Assembly: GCA_964620595.1 (NCBI GenBank)
Contig: CAZUHP010000004.1
Span: 3,768 to 67,767, forward strand
Length of the DNA stretch: 64,000 bases
DNA from: an uncultured Desulfarculaceae bacterium
GTDB taxonomy: Bacteria > Desulfobacterota > Desulfarculia > Desulfarculales > Desulfarculaceae
Direction of reading: 5' to 3'
In this document: in pieces, positions 51,821 through 61,218 of the stretch
How positions within the stretch are numbered: position 1 is the stretch's first letter
Layout: the number at the start of each line of letters is the position of its first letter
Program-made: the position numbers and the translations under genes
Notes under the pieces: model-generated
Databases searched by the model: none
Told to the model about the DNA's origin: nothing
What the model saw: the letters and a program-made list of their open reading frames with translations, nothing else

Positions 51821-53896
51821 TCAGAAGGTGGTCTTCAGCCCCACCCAGAAGTTGCGCCCCGGGCCGGGGAAGCCGCTCTCGCTCTCGTAGTCGCGGTCAA
51901 AGATGTTGCCCACAAAGGCGAACGCCTGCAGGTGATCGCCCAGGGGTTGGGTGAGCTTGAGGTCGGCCAGGAAGTAGCCCCCGGTCTTGAGGGTCTCCTG
52001 GGTGGGCCGGGCCGGGGTGGGCACCTGGTCATACTGCTCGGCCATGAACATGCCCGTGAAGTCCAGGCGGGTGCCCAGCCGGGGAATGGTGTAACTGAGG
52101 CGCAGGTCCACCTTGTGCTCGGGCGTGCCGATCACATCGTCGGTCACCCGGTCCGGGCTGTGGTCCTTGGCCTGCAGGTAGGTGTAGGCCAGGCGCAACA
52201 CCAAGTCCTTGACCGGCCTCAGCTCGCCCACCGCCTCCAGGCCGTAGATCCTCACCGCGGCGTAGTTGCGGTAGAGGGCGTCCACCCCGGGGCCGTCGCG
52301 GGAGATGCGGTCCTCGATGTCGTGATAGAAGACCGACAGCTCGGTGTAGGCCGTGGTCCCCCAGGGCCGCGCCACGCCCAGGGTGTAGTTGGTACTGTAC
52401 TGGGGCTTCAGGTCGATGTTGCCCGAGCGGGAGGAAAAGAGCTGCTGCAAGGTGGGGAAGCGGGTCTTGCGCGCCACCGAGCCGTAGAGCCGGGTCTGGT
52501 CGGCCAGGGTGTAGCTGGCGCCCAGCATGGGGTTGAAGCCATCCTTGATCCCCGGGGTGGGCAGGTCCTCGGTGCGGATCAGGTCGCCGGTACGGCGGTC
52601 GGTTATGTTGGCCTGGGACTTGGTGACATCGAACCAATCGTAGCTGACCCCGGCCACCACCGACAGCCCCGGCAGGGGGCGCCACTCGTTCTCCGCCGCC
52701 AGCGAGCCGGTGTAGGAGAACGACTCGGCAAAGGGCAGATAGGTATCGTCCCGCTCCTGGTGGGAGTCACCCCGGTAATGCAAGGCAAAACGCAGGGTGT
52801 CCTGGGCGGCCAGCTTCCAGTCGGCGAACAGGGCGCCGCCCAGGAAGTAGTCCTTGAAGCGGCTGGTGGCTATCTTGTTGGTGTAGGTCTGGTCGGAAAA
52901 GGATACGTAGTCGTCCAGGTGGTGGTGGTAGAAGAGCTTGCCCCGCAGCTTGAAGGCATCGCCCAGGCGCTGCTCGCCGCTCAGGTCCAGGCCCCAGTCC
53001 TGGTACTTGTCCATGCGGGCAAAGCCCGAAAAGGCGGGCCGGTTGGGAAACACCGTCTCGGACTGGGTGGAGGGCGGGAATCCCCAGCGGGAGTCCAGGT
53101 AGTAGGCGCTCAGGTAGTAGCGGGATTCGGGCCCCAGCTCGAAACCGGCCTTGCCCCAGAGGCTGGTCTGGGCGAAGTCCGAGTTGTTGCGCTGGCCGCC
53201 GTCCTCCAGCACGGCCCGGCTGGTGCCGCCGGGCCGCCGGGTGATGGTGCCCAGCGTGGGGGTGAAATCCTTCGACATCTCCCAGCCGTCCCTTTCCCGC
53301 CGGCCCAGGTTCAACCAGTAGTTGAACTTGCCCAGGCTGTTGCCGTGGGAGGCGGAGAGGTGGTAGGCCCCGTTGCCGCCGGCCTCGCCGATGAAGTCGA
53401 AGGAAGGCCGCGTCCCCTGCTTCTTGGTGATGATGTTGATCACCCCGCTCATGGCGCCGCTGCCGTAGAGCACCGAGGGCGCGCCCTTGATCACGTCGAT
53501 GCGGGCGATCATCTCGGTGGGAAGCTGGTTCAGGTTCAGCATCCCGTAGTTGGTTTCATAGTAGGGCACCCCGTCGATGAGGATCAGCGACTCGTGCTGG
53601 TCCATGCCGTGGATGCGCACCTCGGGCTCGTTCTTGCGGCCGGTGGTCACGGTGATCCCGGGAGTAAAGGACAGCGCCCGGGGCACGCTGAGGCTGTGGG
53701 TTTCGTCTATGTCCTCGGCGGTGACCTCGCTGAAGGTAGCCACCTCCTTGACCCCCGGCCGGTCGCCGGAAACCACTATCTCGCCCAGTTCATACACTCC
53801 GTAGTCCTTGTCGGCCTGCTTCTCGCCGGCCCAGGCCCAGGAACAGCCCAGGGCCAGCACCAGCCACATGGCCGCCAGCAATCTTGCCAACTTCAT
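51821..53896 (-). CDS. TonB-dependent outer-membrane receptor
   Basis: ATG at 53896 (MKLARLLAAMWLVLALG), or a TTG at 53902. It has TonB-box/plug motifs (EIVVSG, RALSFTPGITV, IRGMD-like IHGMD) and a C-terminal aromatic residue (..GLKTTF). Confidence 0.9.
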   Translation of the reverse strand: MKLARLLAAMWLVLALGCSWAWAGEKQADKDYGVYELGEIVVSGDRPGVKEVATFSEVTAEDIDETHSLSVPRALSFTPGITVTTGRKNEPEVRIHGMDQHESLILIDGVPYYETNYGMLNLNQLPTEMIARIDVIKGAPSVLYGSGAMSGVINIITKKQGTRPSFDFIGEAGGNGAYHLSASHGNSLGKFNYWLNLGRRERDGWEMSKDFTPTLGTITRRPGGTSRAVLEDGGQRNNSDFAQTSLWGKAGFELGPESRYYLSAYYLDSRWGFPPSTQSETVFPNRPAFSGFARMDKYQDWGLDLSGEQRLGDAFKLRGKLFYHHHLDDYVSFSDQTYTNKIATSRFKDYFLGGALFADWKLAAQDTLRFALHYRGDSHQERDDTYLPFAESFSYTGSLAAENEWRPLPGLSVVAGVSYDWFDVTKSQANITDRRTGDLIRTEDLPTPGIKDGFNPMLGASYTLADQTRLYGSVARKTRFPTLQQLFSSRSGNIDLKPQYSTNYTLGVARPWGTTAYTELSVFYHDIEDRISRDGPGVDALYRNYAAVRIYGLEAVGELRPVKDLVLRLAYTYLQAKDHSPDRVTDDVIGTPEHKVDLRLSYTIPRLGTRLDFTGMFMAEQYDQVPTPARPTQETLKTGGYFLADLKLTQPLGDHLQAFAFVGNIFDRDYESESGFPGPGRNFWVGLKTTF

Positions 53897-53951
53897 CTTC
53901 AAAACCCCCTCGTTGTTGATATCTGCTGGTTTCGTCGCTGTCCGGCCGGGC

Positions 53952-55694
53952 TCAGCGCAGGCACGGGCCCACGAAGATGATGCCCAGCCAGCCTTCCTTC
54001 TGCTTGCGCGCCAGGTCCATCACCCGGCTCAGCTTGCTGCGGAGCACCTTCTCGCCCTGGCCGAAGCCGGCGCGGTAGACCACGGCCACCGGGGTGTCCG
54101 GCGGGTAGGCCCTCTGCACCACCTGGATCACCGCCTCGAACTTGGGCAGGCCCATGAACAGGACCAAGGTGGCGCCCTTGTTTGCCAGGCTGGCCACCAG
54201 GGCCGGCTCCTTGAGCACGGTGAAGGGATCGCTGATCGCCACCGCGCCCCGGCAGGTGATGTCCCGGGCCAGGGCGGCGGAGCCGGCGTTGAAGGCGCTG
54301 AGGCCGGGCACAAAGGTGATCTGGTCCTGGTCGAAGAAATCCGCCAGCCAGCGCCAGGAGCCGTAGAGCATGGGATCGCCCCAGTCCAGCAGGGCCACGC
54401 TCTTGCCCGCGGCCAGGTTTTTCCTTATGATGGCCGCGGCCTTTTCCTGCTCCTGGCGGCGCAGGTGGCGGGCCTTCTCGTCCTTGTGGGCGCCCTTGGG
54501 ATTGAAGGGCTTGCGGCCAAAGGCCAGCGGGTCGAACAGCACCGGCTTGCCGGCCAAAAAGGGCGCAAAGCGTTTCTGGATGTCCGCGGGCGCCACCAGG
54601 GCGTCGGCCCGGCTCAGGTAGGTGAGCGCCTCCAGGGTGAGCAGGCTGGAGTCGCCGCAGCCCATGCCGATGACATAGAGCCTGGGCCGGCGGGCCAGGG
54701 ATACCGCCTGGATGCTGGAGGCGGCCTTTACCCAACGGTCCGCCCAGAGGTCGTCCGGGAAGACCAGGTGGAAGCGGCCGGTGTTGGCAATGGGCTTGCC
54801 GTCCAGCCGGTCGGCCAGGATGATACGCCGGCCGGCCGGGCCGAGGAACAGCTCACCCCAGGAGGCCAGGGAACGGTAGCCGTCCGGCGCGCTGACCAGG
54901 TAGACCGTGTTGGGGTCCCCGGGAGCCAGGGACGCCAGCAGGTCCCGCAGGGGCACGCCGCTGTACTGGCGCCGGCCGTGGAAGCCCTTGCCCTCGCCCA
55001 CCTGGTCGGCGGTGACCGCCAGGCGCGGCCCGGGGGGCAGCTTGTCCAGGGTGCGGCTCTTGCCGCCCGCCGCGATCACCACCCGGGGCGAGTAGAGCTT
55101 GTCCTGCTTGGGGCCCCAGGCTCCCGGCGCCAGGCCGACCACCTCCAGGGAGCACACGCCCTCCAGGCTGCGGTCCGAGTACTGGTCCCTGGTGAGCACC
55201 AGCTTGGGCACCACCACCGGGCGCTCGAGCTGTTTCAGCCAGGGCCGGTATTCATCCGGAGAGTGGCAGGCCTTGCAGCTCTTTTTGGGCAGCACCGGCT
55301 GGGAGGTGATGGCCAGGATAGCCTCGGAGGGTTGGCGGTGGAACACCTCGCCCCAGGAAAGCGCCACCTGCTTGCCGTCGCGGGTGCGCACCACCAGGGC
55401 CAGGTCGGTCCGCTTGGGGAAGCCGCCCGCCTCCTTGCCCAACTGGGCCAGTTCCAAGAGGTCGCGCAAGGGCACGCCCCGCAGCCAGAACGCCCCGCGG
55501 AACTTGCCTTGGCGGGTGATGTCGTTGTACTTGACCCGCACCTGGGGCAGGCGGGCCAGGTCGGCCAGGGAGAGCCGCAGGGGTTGTTTGACCAGGCCGC
55601 TCACCCGCAGGGTGGGGGTTTGTTGGGCCCCGCTCGGGCCTGCCGCTGTCAGCAGCAACATCAAGGACATGACGATCAGTAGTAGCTTGCGCAT
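53952..55694 (-). CDS. exported fusion protein: two molybdopterin-oxidoreductase-like (YedY/MsrP-type fold) modules + tetrapyrrole (corrin/porphyrin) methylase domain
   Basis: ATG at 55694 (MRKLLLIVMSLMLLLTAAGPSGA, a signal peptide). It has two L.V.G.V..P..LSL.DL-type modules. The C-terminal TP_methylase motifs are LYVIGMGCGD..LLTLEAL, LDWGDPMLYG and FVPGLSAFNAGSAAL. Confidence 0.75.
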   Translation of the reverse strand: MRKLLLIVMSLMLLLTAAGPSGAQQTPTLRVSGLVKQPLRLSLADLARLPQVRVKYNDITRQGKFRGAFWLRGVPLRDLLELAQLGKEAGGFPKRTDLALVVRTRDGKQVALSWGEVFHRQPSEAILAITSQPVLPKKSCKACHSPDEYRPWLKQLERPVVVPKLVLTRDQYSDRSLEGVCSLEVVGLAPGAWGPKQDKLYSPRVVIAAGGKSRTLDKLPPGPRLAVTADQVGEGKGFHGRRQYSGVPLRDLLASLAPGDPNTVYLVSAPDGYRSLASWGELFLGPAGRRIILADRLDGKPIANTGRFHLVFPDDLWADRWVKAASSIQAVSLARRPRLYVIGMGCGDSSLLTLEALTYLSRADALVAPADIQKRFAPFLAGKPVLFDPLAFGRKPFNPKGAHKDEKARHLRRQEQEKAAAIIRKNLAAGKSVALLDWGDPMLYGSWRWLADFFDQDQITFVPGLSAFNAGSAALARDITCRGAVAISDPFTVLKEPALVASLANKGATLVLFMGLPKFEAVIQVVQRAYPPDTPVAVVYRAGFGQGEKVLRSKLSRVMDLARKQKEGWLGIIFVGPCLR

Positions 55695-55761
55695 GCTGTC
55701 TCCCCACTGTTTTTCCGAAAAGGTGCCCGGCGCGCGGCCGGGCGGCTGACTCATGTCTTTC

Positions 55762-55806
55762 TTGACATATGTGCCAAATAAGACATAATGACTTCGGCTT
55801 TGTCAA
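55762..55806. promoter_or_regulatory. overlapping divergent sigma70-type promoters (APC permease on +, methylase-fusion/TonB operon on -)
   Basis: On the + strand: TTGACA (55762-55767), 16-nt spacer, CATAAT (55784-55789). On the - strand: TTGACA (55806-55801), 17-nt spacer, TCTTAT (55783-55778). The -10 elements interdigitate in an AT-rich 127-nt gap. Confidence 0.35.
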
Positions 55807-55821
55807 GCTTAAAGTAGGGAT

Positions 55822-57219
55822 ATGCCTGTGAGCCTCTCTAAAAACCAAGATCCGGGGCCAGCCGGCCGCAGCGCCCCCCCGGAGCTGGCCCGGCGGATGG
55901 GCCTTTTTTCGGCCTGCTGCCTGATCGTGGCCAACATGGTGGGCACCGGCATCTTCACCACCAGCGGCTTTCTCATGCAACTGCTGGGCAATGCCTGGCT
56001 GCTGATGGCCTGCTGGCTGCTGGGCGGGCTCATCGCCCTGGCCGGGGCCCTGTGCTACGGCGAGTTGGGCGCGCGGCTGCCCCGGGCCGGCGGCGAGTAC
56101 GTCTTCCTGCGCGAGAGCTTTGGGCCGGCCACGGCTTTCCTCTCCGGCTGGGTCTCCCTGGTGGTGGGGTTCTCGGCCCCCATCGCCGCCTCGGCGGTGG
56201 CGGCCGCGGGTTATCTGCTCCAGGCCTGGGGCGCGTCCCAGGAGCCCCTGCTCAGGGCCGGCGGGGTGACCCTGTCCGCGGACACCCTGCTGGCGTTGGG
56301 GTTCGTCGTCCTGCTGACCCTGGTGCACACCCGCCGCCTGGGGGTGGGCCTGGGAGTGCAGAACCTGCTCACCCTGTTCAAGCTGCTGGTGCTGGCCCTG
56401 CTCATCGCGGCCGGGCTGTGGCTGTGGCCCGCCTCCGGCTCCTGGGGCGGCCTCCCCTTCACGGCCGGCGGCGAGGGCGCCGGCGCCGGGGCGGTGGCGG
56501 TGGCCCTGGTCCTGGTGTCCTTTGCCTACAGCGGGTTCAACGCCGCCGCCTACCTGGGCGGCGAAGTCAGGCGGCCCGGCCGCAACCTGCCCCGCGCCCT
56601 GTTTCTGGGCACCGGCCTGGTGACATTGCTCTACCTGCTGCTCAACCTGGCCTACCTGGCGGCGCTGGGGCCGGGGGGCATGCCGGGGGTAAAGGAGATC
56701 GGGGCGCTGGCGGCCAAGGCCCTCTGGGGGCCAGGGGCGGGCAGGATCTTCAGCCTGGCGGTGGGGCTCTGTCTGCTATCCGGCCTGGGGGCCATGGTCC
56801 TGGCCGGCCCCCGGGTGTACTTTGCCATGGCCTGCGACGGGCTCCTCCTGGGGCCCTTGGCACGCATAGACCAGCGCTCCGGGGTGCCGGTCAACGCGGT
56901 GTGGCTCCAGGCGGTGATCGCCGCGGTAATGGTGGTCACCGCCTCCTTCGAGGCGCTCCTGTTCTACATCGGCTTCACCCTATCGCTCTTCAGCGCCCTG
57001 GCCGTGGCCGGGCTTTTCGTGCTGCGCCGAAAGAACTCGGCGCGGCCGCCCTTCCGGGTTCCCGGCTATCCCTTCACCCCCCTGGTCTTCATCGCCGCCA
57101 ACCTGGCCATGGTGGTCTTCGCCCTGGCCGACAACCCCTGGCGGGGGCTTCCCTCCGGCCTGACCCTGGCAGTGGGCCTGTATTGGCTGTTCCGCCGGCA
57201 AGACAAGCGGCCCGGCTAG
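55822..57219 (+). CDS. APC-family amino acid permease
   Basis: 465 aa, polytopic, with IVANMVGTGIFTTSGF and GELGARLPRAGGEYVFL. Confidence 0.9.
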   Translation: MPVSLSKNQDPGPAGRSAPPELARRMGLFSACCLIVANMVGTGIFTTSGFLMQLLGNAWLLMACWLLGGLIALAGALCYGELGARLPRAGGEYVFLRESFGPATAFLSGWVSLVVGFSAPIAASAVAAAGYLLQAWGASQEPLLRAGGVTLSADTLLALGFVVLLTLVHTRRLGVGLGVQNLLTLFKLLVLALLIAAGLWLWPASGSWGGLPFTAGGEGAGAGAVAVALVLVSFAYSGFNAAAYLGGEVRRPGRNLPRALFLGTGLVTLLYLLLNLAYLAALGPGGMPGVKEIGALAAKALWGPGAGRIFSLAVGLCLLSGLGAMVLAGPRVYFAMACDGLLLGPLARIDQRSGVPVNAVWLQAVIAAVMVVTASFEALLFYIGFTLSLFSALAVAGLFVLRRKNSARPPFRVPGYPFTPLVFIAANLAMVVFALADNPWRGLPSGLTLAVGLYWLFRRQDKRPG

Positions 57220-57411
57220 CCGGGCCGCCCAGCCCCCCTTTGCCGGCCTCCCGGCCTCAGGGCGTCCAGTTGAGGATCAATATCATCAAAGCCCTGGACA
57301 AGAACCATCCCTCTTGGCTATCATTTTCGTGCCCCTTCCCAATTTGAAGCAGCCCGCAAGTCATCCGAGTTCAGGCACACGGCGAGAAAGCCGGGCTGCC
57401 CGGAGCTTGCC

Positions 57412-57819
57412 ATGGCCAGACCGGAAATACTCATCGTGGAGGACGAGGCCCTGATCGGGCTGGACCTCAAGATGAGCCTGGAGTCCATGGGCTTCGGCGT
57501 GCAGGGGCCGGTGGCCACCGGCGAGGAGGCCCTGGCCGCGCTTTCCCAGCGCCCGGCCCGGCTGGTGCTCATGGACATCGTGCTGCGTGGCAAGCTGGAC
57601 GGCATAGAGACCGCCCGGGAGGTACGCCGGCGCTGGGGCCTGCCCGTGGTGTTCCTCACCGCCTTTGCCGACAAGGGAATGCGCGAGCTGGCCATGACGG
57701 CCCAGCCCGCAGCCATCATCAGCAAGCCGGTGAACCGGGAGCGCCTGCGCCAGGTCCTTGCCGCCGCCCTGCCCGCCTACGCGCCGCCCGCCCCCCGCAC
57801 CGCGCCGGCCAGGCCCTGA
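57412..57819 (+). CDS. single-domain response regulator (CheY-like)
   Basis: 135 aa with ILIVEDE, LVLMDIVL and FLTAFAD...SKP. Confidence 0.85.
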   Translation: MARPEILIVEDEALIGLDLKMSLESMGFGVQGPVATGEEALAALSQRPARLVLMDIVLRGKLDGIETAREVRRRWGLPVVFLTAFADKGMRELAMTAQPAAIISKPVNRERLRQVLAAALPAYAPPAPRTAPARP

Positions 57820-57850
57820 GCCCGGCTCCCACCCCCTCCCCGCGGCCCTG

Positions 57851-57859
57851 TGCTACAAT
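57851..57859 (+). promoter_or_regulatory. putative extended -10 promoter of the rubrerythrin-like gene
   Basis: TG-C-TACAAT, about 42 nt upstream of the ATG at 57901. Confidence 0.35.
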
Positions 57860-57900
57860 CCCGGCGTTTGAACCTTGACGTTCCAGCAGGGAGAAACACC

Positions 57901-58377
57901 ATGCCCGACCAGACCCAGCTCGACCTGGCCCTGGCCTTTGCCGCCGAATCCCGGGCCGCGGCCCGCAACCAGGCATTCGCCCTCAAGGCCCGGCAGGAGG
58001 GCCATGCCCAGGAGGCCCGCCTGTTCCAGGCCGTGGCCCAGGGCCAGTCCGTGGTGGCCCGGCGGCTCTTGATGCTCCTGCGCGGCAAGATAGGAGCCAC
58101 CACGGACAACCTGGCCGAGGCATTCGGCCAGGAGCTGCCCGCCCGGCTGCGCTCCTACCAGGAGTACCAGGACCGGGCCCAGGGCGCGCCGGCCAGCGCC
58201 TTTGGCCAGGCCCGGGAAGTGGCCCGCCACCAGGAGGAGCTATACCGGCGCTGGCGGGAAGGCGCGGCGGAGACCTACCAGGTGTGCACCATCTGCGGCT
58301 GCGTGCTGGCCGGCGAACCGCCCCAGAGCTGCCCGGTGTGCGGCGCCATCAAGGAAAAGTTCCAGGCCGTCGAATAG
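57901..58377 (+). CDS. rubrerythrin-like protein (ferritin-like helices + C-terminal rubredoxin-type CxxC...CxxC)
   Basis: ATG at 57901 after an AGGGAGAA RBS. The C-terminus reads CTICGCVL...CPVCG. The helical N-terminus resembles rubrerythrin, but the ExxH motifs look degenerate. Confidence 0.7.
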   Translation: MPDQTQLDLALAFAAESRAAARNQAFALKARQEGHAQEARLFQAVAQGQSVVARRLLMLLRGKIGATTDNLAEAFGQELPARLRSYQEYQDRAQGAPASAFGQAREVARHQEELYRRWREGAAETYQVCTICGCVLAGEPPQSCPVCGAIKEKFQAVE

Positions 58378-58394
58378 GGTCGAACGGAGACAAG

Positions 58395-59999
58395 CTAGTT
58401 GAGAAACACCTGCCTGAGTTCCACCGTCACCGGCGGCTCGCCCTGGGGATTCTGGTACAGGTAGCGCAGGCGCACGCTCTTGAGCAGGGTCACCCGGCGG
58501 CCCAGGTACAGGCCGGTGAAATAGGTCTGGGCGGAAAAGGCCTCGCCGGTGGGGGTGTAGACGATGCGGGCGCGGGCCACCCGGGCCGGGCCGTGGCGGG
58601 CCACGGCCGCCACCTCGCGCTTGTTCAGGTCCCTCTCGGCGGTGTCGATGCCCGCGCGCAGGTTGAAGATGTGGGGCAGGTCCTGCTCGTCCACGGCCAC
58701 CAGTTGCACCACCGGCTCGCCCTGGCGCAAGGCAGCGCCGCCCTGGATATAGCTCACCACGAACACCCGGCTGAGGCCGTTAAGCCAGGCCGGCGGCTTG
58801 AGCGTCAGCTCGGGGTTGTCCGGGCCCAGGCGCACCGGCCCTGCCAGCAGTTCGTGGCGCGCCTCCTCCAGGGAGCGGACCCCGGCCGAGGGGCTCTGGT
58901 AGGGGATGGTGAGCAACAGGGGACTGAAGGCCAAGAGCAGGGCCAAGGCCGAAAGGATCACCCCGGGTAGCTTGCGCTCGCGGCCCAGGCCCATCCAGTT
59001 GGGCCGGCCCAAGAGCGGCAGGGTGTATTCGGCCAAGAGCCCCATGCAAGCCACCAAAAAGCCGCCCAGGCCCAGGGCCCGCAGCCAGATGCTCTGGGTG
59101 AACAGGTCCTCCAGGCGCGGCTGCCACCAGGCCGCGCAAAGGGCCACCGCCCCCCCCACTCCCCACCAGAAGAGCATCAGCGCCCGCAGCAGCCAGTATA
59201 GGCTCATGGGCAGGGGCTCCAGGGGCTCGCTCCGCCCCCGGCCCCGGGGGCCGGCCAGGCGCAGCACCGCCAGCGAGACCAGCACCGCCAGCACCACCGC
59301 CAGGGGCAGCGGCTCGAACCAGCTCACCGCCAGGGCCGGACCCGGCCCCAGGGCCAAGGCCAGAAAGACCAGCCAGGCCGCCCGCTGGCTCCCCCCCACC
59401 AGGCGCAGCACCAACAGCACCGCCCCGCAGATGGCCCCCCACAGGGCCGCCTTGGCCAAGGGCAAGGCCAGGCCGGGCCAGGGCGGCGGCCACAGGGCCA
59501 CCAGGTCGGTCCGCAGCCAGGGTATGGTGAGCAGCGCGGCCAGGGCGGCAATGGCCGCACCGGCCAGGGCCAGGGCGATATCGCCCCGCGGCCGGTGGAG
59601 CATCTCGGCCCGCAAGAGGAGCGACAGCCCGGCCAGGCGCAGGGTCACGCCCCCCAGGTACACCACCCCCAGCCACAGCTTGTAGTTGCCCAGCTCGCCC
59701 CCGGCCAGGAGCAGGGCCACGAACAGGCCGCCCAGCACAAAGGCGGCATAGGACACCGCCCCGTACTCAAAGGTGTAGCGCAGCTCCAGGGGCCGCGGCT
59801 CCCGCCGGCGCAGGGCGTCCAGCATTGCCGGCCCGGCCAGTATCACCAGCCAGGCCAGGGCGAACCACACCTCCTCCCGCCCCAGGCGCTGCACCGCCAC
59901 CCGGGGCCAGAGGAAGTACACCGCACCCGCCACCATGACCGCTAGGCCGGTCTCCAGGACCCAGCGGACCAGGCGGGCGGAGCGGCTCTCAGCCGGCAC
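58395..59999 (-). CDS. polytopic membrane protein of unknown function, part of the glycosyltransferase cluster
   Basis: 534 aa with more than 10 hydrophobic segments and a soluble C-terminal ~150 aa. The GTG start overlaps the upstream GT stop by 11 nt. Confidence 0.6.
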   Translation of the reverse strand: MPAESRSARLVRWVLETGLAVMVAGAVYFLWPRVAVQRLGREEVWFALAWLVILAGPAMLDALRRREPRPLELRYTFEYGAVSYAAFVLGGLFVALLLAGGELGNYKLWLGVVYLGGVTLRLAGLSLLLRAEMLHRPRGDIALALAGAAIAALAALLTIPWLRTDLVALWPPPWPGLALPLAKAALWGAICGAVLLVLRLVGGSQRAAWLVFLALALGPGPALAVSWFEPLPLAVVLAVLVSLAVLRLAGPRGRGRSEPLEPLPMSLYWLLRALMLFWWGVGGAVALCAAWWQPRLEDLFTQSIWLRALGLGGFLVACMGLLAEYTLPLLGRPNWMGLGRERKLPGVILSALALLLAFSPLLLTIPYQSPSAGVRSLEEARHELLAGPVRLGPDNPELTLKPPAWLNGLSRVFVVSYIQGGAALRQGEPVVQLVAVDEQDLPHIFNLRAGIDTAERDLNKREVAAVARHGPARVARARIVYTPTGEAFSAQTYFTGLYLGRRVTLLKSVRLRYLYQNPQGEPPVTVELRQVFLN

Positions 60000-61218
60000 G
60001 GGCCACCTCCCGGTACACTTCCAGGGTTTCGGCCGCGGCCCGGGACCAGGAGAAGCGGGAGGCCCGCCGCCGTCCCTCCCGGCTGAGTTCGGCGGCCAGC
60101 TCGGGGTTGGTCAAAAGGCCTTCCAGGGCCTGGGCCAAGGCGCCGGCGTCGCCCGGGGGCACCAAGAGACCGGCCTCGCCCACCACCTCGGGCACGGCCG
60201 AGGCCCTCACCGCCACCACCGGCGCGCCGCAGGCCATGGCCTCCAGGGGCGGCAGGCCGAAGCCCTCGTAGAGCGAGGGGAAGACAAAGGCCGTCGCCGC
60301 CGAGAACAGGGCAGGCAGGTCTTCATCCGGCACGAATCCCAGAAGCCGCACATGCTCCTCCAGGCCCCGCCGCTCGATCTCCGCCATGAGGGCGGGGTAC
60401 TGCTTATCCTCGCTTATCTTGCCGGCCAGGGCCAGGACGAAATCCGCCCGCCGCTCCTTGAGGGCGGCCAGGGCGGCCAAGAGGGTGCCCAGGTCCTTGC
60501 GCTGGTCGATGCCGCCCAGGTAGAAGAAGAAGGGCGTCTCTCCAGCCCCTTCGTCCCCCGCGCCCCCCGCGCCCCCCTCGCCCCCCCCGGCCAGGCCGTG
60601 GCGGGCCAACACCTCCCGGCAAAGGGCCGGATCCTCCACCGGCGCCAGGTCCGGGTCCGCGGCCTCGTGGATCACCCGGATGCGCGCCGGGTCGATATGG
60701 TACAGCTCCACCAAATCGTCCTTGGAGCACTGGCTCACCGCGATGATGGCCGCGGCCCGGTAGAGGCAGCGCGTCTCCAGCCAGCGCTCCAGGCGGAAGC
60801 GCAGGCCGCTCTTGTCCTGGCCGTAGAGCCGGGCCAGCTTCTGGGCGATGAGGTCGTGCACGGTTATCACGGTGCGGGGGCCCAGCCGGGCCGGGGCGTC
60901 CAGGTGGGAGAGGAAATGCACCACCCGGCCCTGGCGCCAGGGCCGGGCCAGGGGCCGGCGCACCAGGCCGTGGTGGCTGATCAGGCGCTTGCCCACGGGC
61001 AGCCAGGAGGGCGCATACCCGGCCGCCAGGCGGGGCACGCCCGCCAACAGGCCCGGGTCCGGTAGGTTGGCCTGCACCAACAGCTCCATCTCCGGCGGCT
61101 CGGCCAGCTCGCTCAAGGCCAGGAGCAGGTTCTTGGCATAGCGGCCGATGCCCCGCTCGCGGTGGACCTTGAAGCCGGGCTGCAAGGGCCGGCCGTCGCA
61201 AACCACCGCCAGGCTCAT
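59989..61218 (-). CDS. glycosyltransferase (GT4/GT1-like)
   Basis: ATG at 61218 overlaps the upstream stop (ATGA). The C-terminal motif FVFPSLYEGFGLPPLEAMACGAPVV is typical of GT4. It also contains an in-frame Gly-rich repeat insert. Confidence 0.85.
   Translation of the reverse strand: MSLAVVCDGRPLQPGFKVHRERGIGRYAKNLLLALSELAEPPEMELLVQANLPDPGLLAGVPRLAAGYAPSWLPVGKRLISHHGLVRRPLARPWRQGRVVHFLSHLDAPARLGPRTVITVHDLIAQKLARLYGQDKSGLRFRLERWLETRCLYRAAAIIAVSQCSKDDLVELYHIDPARIRVIHEAADPDLAPVEDPALCREVLARHGLAGGGEGGAGGAGDEGAGETPFFFYLGGIDQRKDLGTLLAALAALKERRADFVLALAGKISEDKQYPALMAEIERRGLEEHVRLLGFVPDEDLPALFSAATAFVFPSLYEGFGLPPLEAMACGAPVVAVRASAVPEVVGEAGLLVPPGDAGALAQALEGLLTNPELAAELSREGRRRASRFSWSRAAAETLEVYREVARAG
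60546..60588. repeat. poly-C array inside the GT4 CDS (minus-strand sense encodes GGGEGGAGGAGDEG)
   Basis: CCCCTTCGTCCCCCGCGCCCCCCGCGCCCCCCTCGCCCCCCCC. Confidence 0.8.

Noticed and set aside
55695-55821. A cobalamin riboswitch upstream of the methylase-fusion/TonB-receptor operon.
   Set aside because: The whole gap is 127 nt and is shared with a divergent gene, which is too short for the ~200-nt element. I could not see a B12-box-like sequence. A covariance-model scan would settle it.
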